IMG/VR virus record: IMGVR_UViG_3300006217_000017
Coordinates: 1 to 64,000 of that record
DNA length: 64,000 nucleotides
Strand: one strand, 5' to 3'
DNA from: a virus
Positions 7,829-17,343 of this stretch are shown in pieces; the first letter of the stretch is position 1; the number at the start of each line of letters is the position of its first letter. The position numbers were made by a program, and so were the translations under genes. A model generated the notes under the pieces. The model worked only from the letters and a program-made list of their open reading frames with translations. It had not been told where the DNA came from and searched no databases.

Positions 7829-9220
7829 CTAAACAGTAAAAAACACTTTCACATTATCATTCAAAATAACAACTTTTTCAACACACTGTTTTAACGCTTT
7901 GTTCTTTTCTCGAGAATTCAGTTTTTCCCATACATCGGAAATGCGCCTAATTTTATCAATTTTCTCCACATCAACACCCCTTTCAGCATCTTTAAACATA
8001 GACAATTCCATTTTTAAATCCGAAACCCTATTCTCTTCCTCCTGTATCAGTTCCATGAGATTGTCACTCTCTTTTTCAGCATACAACGAATAATATTTCT
8101 TAATCTTCGTATTGGATTTCTTGATAGCATCTTCAATAATTTCGGCTTTACTTTCGGTCTTCTGCGTTTCCTCGACATTAACCGAAAATCTCTTAAAAGC
8201 ATCCTCAACCTCTGCTTCGATTTCGCTTGCCCTTACCTTATCATTATCGCAATTTGGGTCTTTTATCATATACTCTTTCCCGTGTTTATATTGTGAGTAG
8301 CATACCAATTTATGATATTTCCCCCACTTCTGATACCGCATTCTCGCACCGCAAACGCCACAATAGCAAAGCCCGGTTAAGATATTGTCATTCGTTACAT
8401 GGGAATTTGTATGACGCTTCTTCATGCACTCCTGTGCCTGATAAAAAGTATGTTCATCTACAATTGGCTCATGCAATCCCTTATATTCCTCTCCCTTATA
8501 CTCGATAATTCCAATGTTTGACTTTCTCTTAATTATTTGTGTTACAATCCTCTCTCCTTTAAAACCAAGCATTTTCGATATTCGTTCGCAGGAATAACCG
8601 TCAATATACAGTTTGTATGCTTTCCTTACAATCTCCGCTTCATCTTCCTTCGGGTGCAATATACCATCATTTCGGTCATAGTAATACCCATACGGTGTTC
8701 TGCCACCGCCCATCCATAAGCCTTTTTTGACGCGTTCCTTCATCCCTGCCCTTGTACGCATATAGATGACTTCCCTCTCATACTGCCCCATAATGGCATT
8801 GACACCAATCATAACCTTGTCCATAGGGTTTTCAAACTTTAAATCCTCTGTCATGGAAACGACTTGTACGCCATATTTTGGCAGGAAACGATACAAAAGG
8901 TTCAGCGTGTCAATCACATCTCGGCTCATTCTGTCTAGCTTGTAGATAAATACCTTTGCAATCAATCCTTTCTCGCTGTCGTCAAGAAGTTCTGTTATCT
9001 GCGGACGGTCTAATTTGCTTCCACTATATCCTCCGTCTATGTACCACTTGTCAATAACCACTCCTTCCCTGTTGCAGTAGTCAAGTATCTTCTGTTTCTG
9101 CATATCCAAGCCATATTTCTCCGTCTGCGCTTCGGTTGATACCCTCAAATATGCCACATTCTGTTTTCTCATTGCCAAATCCTCCTTAAAAGGGAAATGG
9201 CTAGGTTTTGTACTAGCCAT
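7829..9220 (-). CDS. large serine recombinase (integrase type)
   Basis: N-terminal resolvase domain (VAYLRVSTEAQ...YIDGGYSGSKLDRP...KLDRMSRD). A recombinase domain, a Cys-rich zinc-ribbon segment and a coiled-coil follow. Total length is 463 aa. Confidence 0.9.
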   Translation of the reverse strand: MASTKPSHFPFKEDLAMRKQNVAYLRVSTEAQTEKYGLDMQKQKILDYCNREGVVIDKWYIDGGYSGSKLDRPQITELLDDSEKGLIAKVFIYKLDRMSRDVIDTLNLLYRFLPKYGVQVVSMTEDLKFENPMDKVMIGVNAIMGQYEREVIYMRTRAGMKERVKKGLWMGGGRTPYGYYYDRNDGILHPKEDEAEIVRKAYKLYIDGYSCERISKMLGFKGERIVTQIIKRKSNIGIIEYKGEEYKGLHEPIVDEHTFYQAQECMKKRHTNSHVTNDNILTGLCYCGVCGARMRYQKWGKYHKLVCYSQYKHGKEYMIKDPNCDNDKVRASEIEAEVEDAFKRFSVNVEETQKTESKAEIIEDAIKKSNTKIKKYYSLYAEKESDNLMELIQEEENRVSDLKMELSMFKDAERGVDVEKIDKIRRISDVWEKLNSREKNKALKQCVEKVVILNDNVKVFFTV

Positions 9221-9251
9221 TATACCCTATATTCCGACATATTTCAAATGA

Positions 9252-9389
9252 TTATTCCTCCCATAAACCTAATTCTTGCAATTCCGCTTTCAGAGTTTCA
9301 TAGTCGCACAAGTGAAGTTCTGGAAATTTTTCATCAGACATAGCGACAAACTCTCTTAATTTCCGCCCGTTCCATGTTGTTTTTAACAT
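9252..9389 (-). CDS. hypothetical 45-aa protein directly upstream of the recombinase
   Basis: Hand translation: MLKTTWNGRKLREFVAMSDEKFPELHLCDYETLKAELQELGLWEE. Confidence 0.3.
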   Translation of the reverse strand: MLKTTWNGRKLREFVAMSDEKFPELHLCDYETLKAELQELGLWEE

Positions 9390-9404
9390 TTCATCATCAC
9401 GCCT

Positions 9405-9596
9405 TCATAGGGATTTGAAGCTGAACATACCGCTACTACGCATACCTTTTATAAATTCCTTAACTTCTATTTCGTTTTCATAATGACTATCACAATAAAC
9501 AGGCGGATATTTGCATTTATCGTAGTAGTCACAAGGTTTCCCCATGCACTCACACATGAATTGTTCTGTATGTGTTTCTGTATAGATTTTACTCAT
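9405..9596 (-). CDS. hypothetical Cys-rich small protein
   Basis: 63-aa ORF lying in series. Confidence 0.4.
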   Translation of the reverse strand: MSKIYTETHTEQFMCECMGKPCDYYDKCKYPPVYCDSHYENEIEVKEFIKGMRSSGMFSFKSL

Positions 9597-9727
9597 ACTG
9601 CTACCCCTTTTTCTTTCTTCTCTTTCAATTTCTCTGCCAGAATCCTCTTGACAGTTTCGCTTCGTATCTCAATCTTTGCGATTTCCTCTTTTGCGACACG
9701 CTTTCCATTGACATAATATGTAGTCAT
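9593..9727 (-). CDS. hypothetical 44-aa protein
   Basis: Hand translation: MTTYYVNGKRVAKEEIAKIEIRSETVKRILAEKLKEKKEKGVAV. An RBS (ggaggtgcgt) is present, and the stop overlaps the next start. Confidence 0.35.
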   Translation of the reverse strand: MTTYYVNGKRVAKEEIAKIEIRSETVKRILAEKLKEKKEKGVAV

Positions 9728-9789
9728 ACGCACCTCCAAAAGAATTTTATTACTATTATATGTTTCAAATGCTTGCTGTAGAACGGGTT

Positions 9790-10197
9790 TTAATCGTCAA
9801 AATTCTGCAACAAATTCGCATTTTCATACACATTTCCTATAACTTCAATTCTGCTACCGATGCCAAACTCAAAATATAGAAGTTCATCTATGCTTTGCAA
9901 ACCAAACCTTGCAGTATCGCAAACCCACATAACAACAAAAGCTCTCTTTTTTCCGTCTATACGAACAATGTCTTTCTCGTAAATTTCTTGCTTGTTCTTA
10001 TCCTTAACGCCTATGTACTGCCCGACTGTATCTGGGTCTACTTCATATTTTGTTGGCAAGTCAGCACAAGCAGGGTAATACATATACTGTATTTGTCCTG
10101 TATAAATACAATGTCTTGAACCATGTTTGATATAATACCCTTCAACCCATTCTCCGTTATCAATACGTTTCCCTCTAAATTTAATTTCTCTGCTCAT
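9790..10197 (-). CDS. YopX-family protein
   Basis: The N-terminal REIKFRGKRIDNGEWVEGYY and the later VGQYIGVKDKNKQEIYEKDIV match the YopX pattern. Confidence 0.7.
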   Translation of the reverse strand: MSREIKFRGKRIDNGEWVEGYYIKHGSRHCIYTGQIQYMYYPACADLPTKYEVDPDTVGQYIGVKDKNKQEIYEKDIVRIDGKKRAFVVMWVCDTARFGLQSIDELLYFEFGIGSRIEVIGNVYENANLLQNFDD

Positions 10198-10733
10198 TTC
10201 CTGCCTCCATTTCCAAAAATCAGTTTATTTTCATTTCTCCAAAAATCACATCCCGGAAGATACATAATCTTCCCTATGCTCTCCATACGTTTCTCATAGC
10301 ATTTCTCGCAAACACCCTTACCGCCCATAACCTTATCTTTTCCGCATATATAGCAAATTCCATATGCCACACGCTCCGAACGGTCAATGTCGGCTTTCTT
10401 TGCGTTCCTCTTATTTCGTATCTTTGCAAGGCATTTTGCACATTTTGTTTTCCCTGCAACCGCCTTTTCGTGCTTACAGTATGTGCAGATACCCATTTCT
10501 TTCAATCTGTTGTATTTCTCTAAATCCCGTTTCTTTCGTTCCTCTGAATTTCTCTGCCTGTTCTTCCTGCTCTGTTTGCTGTCCTTATCGGCGCATTCCA
10601 AACACATAATCTTGTGCGGTTCTGCTGGATTTTTGTGACAGCGGACACAAATTTTCAAATCCTTGTAAAAATGGTATTCCTCATATCGTTCTGTCATAAT
10701 CCCTTGGAGTAAAGCCAGCTTTATTGTGCGCAC
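10194..10733 (-). CDS. multi CxxC zinc-ribbon protein, function unknown
   Basis: Repeated C-x2-C...C-x2-C pairs separated by Lys/Arg-rich linkers. Confidence 0.5.
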   Translation of the reverse strand: MRTIKLALLQGIMTERYEEYHFYKDLKICVRCHKNPAEPHKIMCLECADKDSKQSRKNRQRNSEERKKRDLEKYNRLKEMGICTYCKHEKAVAGKTKCAKCLAKIRNKRNAKKADIDRSERVAYGICYICGKDKVMGGKGVCEKCYEKRMESIGKIMYLPGCDFWRNENKLIFGNGGRK

Positions 10734-10757
10734 AAACCTCTCTTTACCTCCATATTC

Positions 10758-11117
10758 TTAGAATAAACTTAATTGTGTTTCGTCAAAACCAACCTTTTCC
10801 GTCACTAAAACACACCCATATTGTCTTAGCCTCTCAACCCTATCTTTCTGTTTCAAGTTTGCCATAAAATTATTGTCAACCTCCGGCGGTGTGGGGAGAT
10901 AGTATTCTTCTGGAATTTCAATGCCCTCTTGACTGCATATTTCAGAAATTTTCTTCTTGTAATAAAGAATATGGTTTCTGACAAGGTTCATGTTGCATCC
11001 ATCTGCCCATGCAGGGTCGCTACAACCGTTTTTGTTTATGAATTTCCAACGGTTTATAGAATCTGCAATGCCTTTTCTGCAATCGTCAAATTCTTGCTTT
11101 GGGGTCTTTTTCTTCAT
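10758..11117 (-). CDS. hypothetical protein
   Basis: 119-aa ORF lying in series. Its start overlaps the end of the RNase H gene. Confidence 0.45.
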   Translation of the reverse strand: MKKKTPKQEFDDCRKGIADSINRWKFINKNGCSDPAWADGCNMNLVRNHILYYKKKISEICSQEGIEIPEEYYLPTPPEVDNNFMANLKQKDRVERLRQYGCVLVTEKVGFDETQLSLF

Positions 11118-11521
11118 ACTTTCCTCGCCTCAATAACCGCCATTTTATCAACTTCGATATTATGCCTGTCCTTGTCATGTCCCCTAACCCAAATAAACTT
11201 AATATCCGCAAACTTCTCTTTCTCCGCCATAAGTTCCTTCCATAACTCCACATTCTTCTTAATCTTAAAATTCCCATTTAGCGTTTCGACCACATACTTA
11301 CTATCCGAAAATACTTCTACTGGAATAGACTTGTCCGTTATGGCTCTCATGGCTTGCAGTACAGCGGTCATTTCCATGAAATTATTCGTCTTTCCTTTAT
11401 CGCCGCCGGATTTCATTAACTCATGCCCTCGGTAAATCAACTTGCAAGCCCATCCGCAACCGCTATCGGGACTTCCGTTGTTTAGAGCTGAACCGTCTGT
11501 GTAGACTGTGATTTTATCCAT
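11114..11521 (-). CDS. RNase H (type 1)
   Basis: VYTDGSAL...NNFMEMTAVLQAMRA...VFSDSKYVV...WVRGHDKDRHNIEVDKMA carries the D-E-D-D catalytic pattern. Confidence 0.8.
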   Translation of the reverse strand: MDKITVYTDGSALNNGSPDSGCGWACKLIYRGHELMKSGGDKGKTNNFMEMTAVLQAMRAITDKSIPVEVFSDSKYVVETLNGNFKIKKNVELWKELMAEKEKFADIKFIWVRGHDKDRHNIEVDKMAVIEARKV

Positions 11522-12438
11522 GATTTTCCCTCCCCAATTCCTTCATAAATTTTCTGTGATATTTTGCGTATCAACTCATTCAACAATGCGGACTGGTTTT
11601 GATTTCTCTCTATCAGCGACATAATATCATTCAATGAAAAGTCCATATCTACATCATCAAGGAATTTGCAGACAAGTTCTTTCTTTTCCTCTCGGTCAAG
11701 TGGTTTCACCTCATGCTTTAGTGAAAATCGCCTTAACAACGCCTCATCTATTCTGTCCATGCGGTTTGTTGCCGCAATTACAACAATGTCATTCGTCAGC
11801 CTGTCAAACTCCTGCATAAGCGAAATTGTTACCCTCGCCATTTCTTCGTCTGAACCACCACCCGAATCTGACCGCCTTATGCTGATACAGTCGATTTCAT
11901 CAAGCATAAATACGCATGAGTTTGATATGGCGTAATTAAAAGCCTTGTTGATATTCTTTGATGTATTTCCCATGTAACTATCTACTAAACTTGAAAAATT
12001 CAGATAGCAAAACGGTAATCCCATTTTATAAGCCACATACCGAGCGAAAGTTGTCTTTCCTGTTCCGCTCTCTCCATAAAGCAATGTAGAATTTAAGTAC
12101 GGTATTCCCATTTCCATAAGACGGTCATTTACTTTCTTCATGCGTACAATATTTTCAAATACTGCTCTTTCTCTTTCTGAAAGATAATATCTACCCTCTT
12201 TGAATGAATTTGACACATCTTCCACGCATAGGATAGATTTCAAATCATAAGGCAGTTCAATCATGTTGCCGCCGGAACTTTCCAAAATCTGCTTATATTT
12301 CTTGCAAAACCATGCGTTCTTTTGCGTGGTGTCTTCGGCAACGCAAGCAATAGCACACTTCTTAGCTTGTTGCATATTGTTTTCCGATACCGCCCTTATA
12401 AGTTGCTGTTGATTACTCGTTAGACCCATTATCTTCAC
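11482..12438 (-). CDS. AAA+ ATPase
   Basis: Walker A (LLYGESGTGKTT), Walker B (VFMLDEID), and the sensor/Arg finger region (AATNRMDRIDEALLRRF). Confidence 0.8.
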   Translation of the reverse strand: MKIMGLTSNQQQLIRAVSENNMQQAKKCAIACVAEDTTQKNAWFCKKYKQILESSGGNMIELPYDLKSILCVEDVSNSFKEGRYYLSERERAVFENIVRMKKVNDRLMEMGIPYLNSTLLYGESGTGKTTFARYVAYKMGLPFCYLNFSSLVDSYMGNTSKNINKAFNYAISNSCVFMLDEIDCISIRRSDSGGGSDEEMARVTISLMQEFDRLTNDIVVIAATNRMDRIDEALLRRFSLKHEVKPLDREEKKELVCKFLDDVDMDFSLNDIMSLIERNQNQSALLNELIRKISQKIYEGIGEGKSWIKSQSTQTVQL

Positions 12439-12979
12439 TCCCTCCCATAGTTTTCAGAAGTTTTACATACCATGTGTTTTCAATATCCTCTTTCGATATG
12501 CCCTTAAAATCCTCTATGGATTCAATCTCACGCCACCAACTTTCACACCCATAGATGATTTTCTTTAATTCTGGCACGAAGATAGCAGGATTGTTCATAG
12601 TTCTGTTTGTCAAAATTCCCGTATCTCTGCTATATGATGTTGTTATGGAGATAGGCAAATCTCCTAAATAAATACCTATGTACGATTTCCCCTCATACTC
12701 TTTACCGCATGGGGAAATCTCACACAATGCACCGCACTCATGCCCTAAACCAGAAGTATCAATCTCCGCATTTTCGATTCCCTGAATGGTAAGTGGATAT
12801 TCGATAAACTTTGAATCAAACCGCTTACATTGTTCGCATTGTTCCTTTGATACCGTCTTTATTTTGTCATCTTCCCAACCATCAACCACACAATGCCAAT
12901 TTGGCATATCAGAAATAGATGGGTGACAAAATCTGCAACGCTCTTGTTTTGTTTTTACTTCAATTTTCTTTGTTTTCAT
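12413..12979 (-). CDS. hypothetical Cys-containing protein
   Basis: 188-aa ORF lying in series. Confidence 0.45.
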   Translation of the reverse strand: MKTKKIEVKTKQERCRFCHPSISDMPNWHCVVDGWEDDKIKTVSKEQCEQCKRFDSKFIEYPLTIQGIENAEIDTSGLGHECGALCEISPCGKEYEGKSYIGIYLGDLPISITTSYSRDTGILTNRTMNNPAIFVPELKKIIYGCESWWREIESIEDFKGISKEDIENTWYVKLLKTMGGSEDNGSNE

Positions 12980-13319
12980 TCCTCATATCCTCCAATCTTT
13001 CCTTGTATCTCTCTGGCATTGGTACGCCATCATGTTTCATCTCTAACGCCTTGATTTCGGCTTGTTTCCTCTCGCTGGCACTTTCTATGGCTTGCTGTTT
13101 TGCCTTTTCCTCAATCGTATCAACAAATGCAAGTGCTATTTTTCTTGCGAATATATCATTGTTCGTCTTGTATTTCTTATGAAATTCGCTTGTAGTCTCA
13201 ATGACTTTCTCCCAATATTCGTCATTTTCCTCTGGCTGCCAAAATTCTTGACAAATTTTCCAAAATTCTGTGAACATCTGCCATTCTTCCGAACCTTTTT
13301 CAAATCTCTTACTTGCCAT
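12960..13319 (-). CDS. hypothetical protein
   Basis: 119-aa ORF lying in series. Confidence 0.45.
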   Translation of the reverse strand: MASKRFEKGSEEWQMFTEFWKICQEFWQPEENDEYWEKVIETTSEFHKKYKTNNDIFARKIALAFVDTIEEKAKQQAIESASERKQAEIKALEMKHDGVPMPERYKERLEDMRNENKEN

Positions 13320-13515
13320 TCAATCCCTCCAATTCATAGATTTTTCTTCGGATAAGTACACATATCCAATCCGCTCTATCCATTTCATCCTGGCAAAATC
13401 CGTAATCTTCTGGAAATTCGCCTTGCAAATCCTCCCATTCCGCATATTGTTCCATAAGCTGACTCTGCTTTTCTTTGAGAAATGAAATTACAATATCTTT
13501 TATTGGCATATCCAT
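13309..13515 (-). CDS. hypothetical protein
   Basis: 68-aa ORF lying in series. Confidence 0.4.
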   Translation of the reverse strand: MDMPIKDIVISFLKEKQSQLMEQYAEWEDLQGEFPEDYGFCQDEMDRADWICVLIRRKIYELEGLNGK

Positions 13516-13520
13516 CCCTC

Positions 13521-14237
13521 CTAAACAGTATAAGTCTTGTCTTTTGGCTGCGCATTTGCCCTATCCTTTCCTTTTGTATATTCCTTTACAAATACAACCT
13601 TTCCGCTTTTATAATGTCTGTAATGCCCTCTCACGCTCCAACAAGGGCATTGTATTCCACTTGACACGTTTTGATTGTTTGGTTTTTCTCCTAAGTAAAA
13701 ATACTTACAAATATCTTTCATCAGAAAAATATTTTTATCTGCATTTTCATCTGTTCTTTTTATTTCCAACTTGTTCATACTTGCCCTATGATTTACTTCT
13801 TTCGTAACTTTTTCTCTCGTTTCCAATCTCGACATTATGAAGCGCATAATATTATCTATAAATTCTCCCCTATTGTAATTATCTCCATCAGTCCCAGTAA
13901 GATAAAAATCGGTTCCGTTTTCCGATTCATAACTCATACGGTAGTCTTTTGGCTCTTCATATCTGTCTGAATAATTGATTAAATCAATAAATCCAAACCA
14001 AATGTCGCTAGGATATAATGGGTTATTTTCGTACTCTTGGAAATGCTCTAATGTTGGACTATTTATTTTAACAATCGTTTCAACTCTTCCCCAAAAATCA
14101 TCTTCAAATATCAATTTAAACTCATCAAAAATGAATTGCGGATAGCCGCATATGAAGCATTTTTCTATGTATGGATAAACATTTTCCACATAATTTCCAA
14201 CAATTATTGTATTCATATCATCCCTCCAATCAGTCAA
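13521..14237 (-). CDS. hypothetical protein
   Basis: 238-aa ORF. Its start overlaps the end of the primase-helicase gene. Confidence 0.5.
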   Translation of the reverse strand: MTDWRDDMNTIIVGNYVENVYPYIEKCFICGYPQFIFDEFKLIFEDDFWGRVETIVKINSPTLEHFQEYENNPLYPSDIWFGFIDLINYSDRYEEPKDYRMSYESENGTDFYLTGTDGDNYNRGEFIDNIMRFIMSRLETREKVTKEVNHRASMNKLEIKRTDENADKNIFLMKDICKYFYLGEKPNNQNVSSGIQCPCWSVRGHYRHYKSGKVVFVKEYTKGKDRANAQPKDKTYTV

Positions 14238-16050
14238 ACGGCGTTTCTTCGTTTATAGCGGCAAAACCGTCATAATTCTTGTTCCACCCATAATCTAAAT
14301 GCAAATCATCGCCCTGCCCGTAAATCCGCTTTGATTTTTCATCATAGTCCAATATGTAGCCCTTTGTTTCTGTCTTTCCGAACAAGCGGTTTTTCGATAC
14401 CTTGCAAAGCCTTTGGGTTGTCTCTATTTCATTATTTTTCTCATAGGATATCGTAACCATAGCAAGATTGGAAATATCGCTTGAACCGCTTATTTCGTCG
14501 TTCTCATTCGTGGAAAAATTATTCTTCCTCTTATGTGCCACAAGTAAGATTAAAGCATTATGCCTTGTTGCCAGTCTTGCAAGTTTCTTTACGAATAATC
14601 CCTGTCTTTCGTATTTATCACTTCCATACGAGACTTCCAAATCTATTGCGGTCATCAGATTGTCAAGTAAAATAACCTTAACGCCATACTGCATAATCAC
14701 GCTTTCTGTAACAGTGACAAGGCTTTCCTGCTCGTCATTTTCAATGATGGAATTGTCATAAAGCCAAAACTTATCATCGTACCAGTCAGAAATTAAATTC
14801 CTGTTGGTTTCGGATATATTGTAGGCTGAATCGCCCCATCCGTTCTGATACTCAAAAATATGTCTGCTTCCGGCAATCTGAAAATCCATGATATTCTTAA
14901 ATTGGAAGTCAACCAATTCTCCACTGTACGCAAAACATTTATACCCCTGCGATACCGCACTTATCATTATCTGACTGGCAAGAACAGATTTTCCTTCTCC
15001 GGTTTTTCCGGATATGAGCGTTACGCCGCCAAATGGTAAGCCGCCATATAAAAGCCTGTCAACTTGCCTTATGCCTGTCTGTAGCTTCGGAAGTTTAAAA
15101 ATATCCACATTCTTTACGCTTGATAATGGTTTGACCTGTTTCATCGGCACAATAACCGCATTTTCCACGCAAGCCCTAACCTGTTCTTTCCCATATTTCT
15201 TTAGTATCTCGTTTGCGTCTTTGCAGTCCTTATAATCTTCCTCTTGCACATGCTTAACAGTTATCTTCAACCGCCTTGACAGTTCATCAAGCAGCGTGAT
15301 ATGTCCTTTTTCGTAATCCCCGAATACAACAATTTCCTCAAACTGGTTTATCCAATTCCAACAGTACGGAACCCATGTAAAGCCTTTTGCGCCAGTCGGC
15401 ACGCTTACTGCATTGTTAATTCCGGCTGTAGCAACCGAAAGACTGTCTATTTGCCCTTCTGTAATCACAAGTCTTTTGAAATTTTTACATTGTTTCATTC
15501 CGAATAAAATCGGCTTGCAATTCGCTTCACACCATTCTTTATTTTTATCTTTTTCCTTGTCGTAATCTGTCTTTCGATACTTGACAAACCGCAAAACTCC
15601 CTTTTCGTCATAAAACGGAAATACAAGGATATTCGGCTTATCTGTCTGCACCGTTATTTCATATTCTTTTGCGACCGCCTCTGATATGCCCCGGCTTTCC
15701 AAATACTGAATTGCTTCGGACTTCGGCTCTATCGGTTTTTCTTTCTTTTTAAATTGTCGATACTGCTTTTTTGGTTGATAATACTCGTCAATCTCATTTC
15801 CAAGTGAAAAATCAAAGTCTTTTGCAAGTGTTATCATGTTGCCCTGCACTCCACAGCTTGCCCGGAAGCATTTGAATTTTCCAGTCTTTAAATCTATGGA
15901 AAACGACTTTATATTGTCCCTTGTCGGCTTCGGATTGCAGTAGGGGCATATCTTGAAGAACAATTCCCCGTTCCTTACATTTGTTTCAGCGTGAACGTGT
16001 CGGGCAAAATCAAAAGCGTCCTGCTCCTTAAATTCATACGGACTATACAT
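14230..16050 (-). CDS. bifunctional DNA primase / DnaB-type helicase
   Basis: Zinc-binding motif CPYC...CFRASCG, a Toprim-like ITEGQIDSLS segment, and P-loop GKTGEGKS with a later LLDNL Walker B. Total length is 606 aa. Confidence 0.85.
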   Translation of the reverse strand: MYSPYEFKEQDAFDFARHVHAETNVRNGELFFKICPYCNPKPTRDNIKSFSIDLKTGKFKCFRASCGVQGNMITLAKDFDFSLGNEIDEYYQPKKQYRQFKKKEKPIEPKSEAIQYLESRGISEAVAKEYEITVQTDKPNILVFPFYDEKGVLRFVKYRKTDYDKEKDKNKEWCEANCKPILFGMKQCKNFKRLVITEGQIDSLSVATAGINNAVSVPTGAKGFTWVPYCWNWINQFEEIVVFGDYEKGHITLLDELSRRLKITVKHVQEEDYKDCKDANEILKKYGKEQVRACVENAVIVPMKQVKPLSSVKNVDIFKLPKLQTGIRQVDRLLYGGLPFGGVTLISGKTGEGKSVLASQIMISAVSQGYKCFAYSGELVDFQFKNIMDFQIAGSRHIFEYQNGWGDSAYNISETNRNLISDWYDDKFWLYDNSIIENDEQESLVTVTESVIMQYGVKVILLDNLMTAIDLEVSYGSDKYERQGLFVKKLARLATRHNALILLVAHKRKNNFSTNENDEISGSSDISNLAMVTISYEKNNEIETTQRLCKVSKNRLFGKTETKGYILDYDEKSKRIYGQGDDLHLDYGWNKNYDGFAAINEETPFD

Positions 16051-16073
16051 TTCATAACCTCATTCCTTGGAGA

Positions 16074-16766
16074 TTAAAGGTCAACCCATTCATCCCCTAT
16101 CAATTCTTCATCTTCCTGTTTTTGTTCTTCGCATACCTCCTTGGTTCGCTTTATAGCTCCGCCACCGTCATATTTTCCACTTCTCACTTTTTCGTAGTTC
16201 TCGATTTTGAGAAACCAGTTGAAATATATTTTCCAGTTGCTTATTTTTCCTTGCAAGAAATCGCTTGATTTTATCCGTTCTATTGTGATCAGAATATCTT
16301 CTACGCTATACTGCTTTGCCAATGCGATAATATTCTGGTATTGCATGGAAGACATGCCCGTTGTCGGGATAGGTTCTATGCCATAGTCAGAAAGTCCGTT
16401 CCATGCGTCTGAAATCATTTGTAAGGCTTCTGATTTTTTTACCATTTTATCGCTTCTAGTTCTCTTCATTATCGCTTCATTATCGCTTCGCTCTACTGAC
16501 AAAAACATTGAATTTACAACTAAAACAGTGCTTCGAGTTCGCTTCATTATCGCTTCAAGAACGCTTCGTTTTTCCAAATCATCAAGGAATTTTCTAACCT
16601 TGTTATTCCCCCATCCCCATGCCTCCATCAGCTTTCTTTCAGACGTATGGACTTCCCCATTTTCATCAGCCATAGACAGAATATCCAAAAGGGCATACAA
16701 CTTGTCCTGCGGTAGTTCTCTTATTAAATAGGTAGGAATAGTTATAAATTCCTGCAATGCAATCAA
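16074..16766 (-). CDS. replication initiator / replisome-organiser-like protein
   Basis: The N-terminus looks like a winged helix. The C-terminal ...FLQGKISNWKIYFNWFLK..NYEKVRSGKY resembles phage replisome organisers. The gene sits directly upstream of the primase-helicase and has an internal EAIMKRTRS duplication. Confidence 0.55.
   Translation of the reverse strand: MIALQEFITIPTYLIRELPQDKLYALLDILSMADENGEVHTSERKLMEAWGWGNNKVRKFLDDLEKRSVLEAIMKRTRSTVLVVNSMFLSVERSDNEAIMKRTRSDKMVKKSEALQMISDAWNGLSDYGIEPIPTTGMSSMQYQNIIALAKQYSVEDILITIERIKSSDFLQGKISNWKIYFNWFLKIENYEKVRSGKYDGGGAIKRTKEVCEEQKQEDEELIGDEWVDL
16445..16556. repeat. iteron-like repeats inside the initiator gene (candidate origin)
   Basis: TTCATTATCGCTTC occurs at 16465, 16476 (tandem, 11-bp period) and 16543. 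A related TTTTATCGCTTC occurs at 16446. Confidence 0.45.
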
Positions 16767-16777
16767 CTCCTTTGCGG

Positions 16778-17155
16778 TTATGGGCGGTAGGGTTTAATAG
16801 GTCTCCACGCTTTAACAGCTTTGAGTGGATACTTGCCCGTGGAGCAAACCCATTCACTATTATCTCTCGACCTTAAATAAGAAATATCAAATGTCCTATC
16901 TTCGTCTCCAGTGATTCCGTCCATATCGCTTCTAAACTGAATTAAAACAGAACTTCCTATATCTGGCATGTATCCCGTATCGCAAGCAATCCACCCACCG
17001 CCATTCTCCATATTCGCCGCTTGCAGTTTTTTGGATAAGGCTTCTATGGTGTCGGCAGCTTGACGCAAAAACTTTGCAATACCTTCTCTCCCCATTTGTT
17101 TGCAAGTTTCCTCTGCTATCCGCAATTCTTTTACCTGTTCGCTAATCATGCTCAT
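16778..17155 (-). CDS. DUF551-like protein
   Basis: GGWIACDTGYMPD...VLIQF...VKAWRPIKPY resembles the DUF551 pattern. The call is weak. Confidence 0.35.
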   Translation of the reverse strand: MSMISEQVKELRIAEETCKQMGREGIAKFLRQAADTIEALSKKLQAANMENGGGWIACDTGYMPDIGSSVLIQFRSDMDGITGDEDRTFDISYLRSRDNSEWVCSTGKYPLKAVKAWRPIKPYRP

Positions 17156-17167
17156 TCCAAATCCTCC

Positions 17168-17311
17168 TTAATCCGTTTCTATGATTTCAAAATCTTCAAT
17201 GTCGTCAATGTCCTCTACATCTTCTATCTCCATATTTCCCTGCGCATCTTCATCAACAACCGCATAAGCCGTGCATGACATTTTAACCCTAACTTTTCTT
17301 TTTAATCCCAT
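17168..17311 (-). CDS. very acidic 47-aa protein
   Basis: Hand translation: MGLKRKVRVKMSCTAYAVVDEDAQGNMEIEDVEDIDDIEDFEIIETD. The RBS is ggaaggagcgaggga. Confidence 0.35.
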   Translation of the reverse strand: MGLKRKVRVKMSCTAYAVVDEDAQGNMEIEDVEDIDDIEDFEIIETD

Positions 17312-17343
17312 TCCCTCGCTCCTTCCTCTCCAAACAACCGAAC

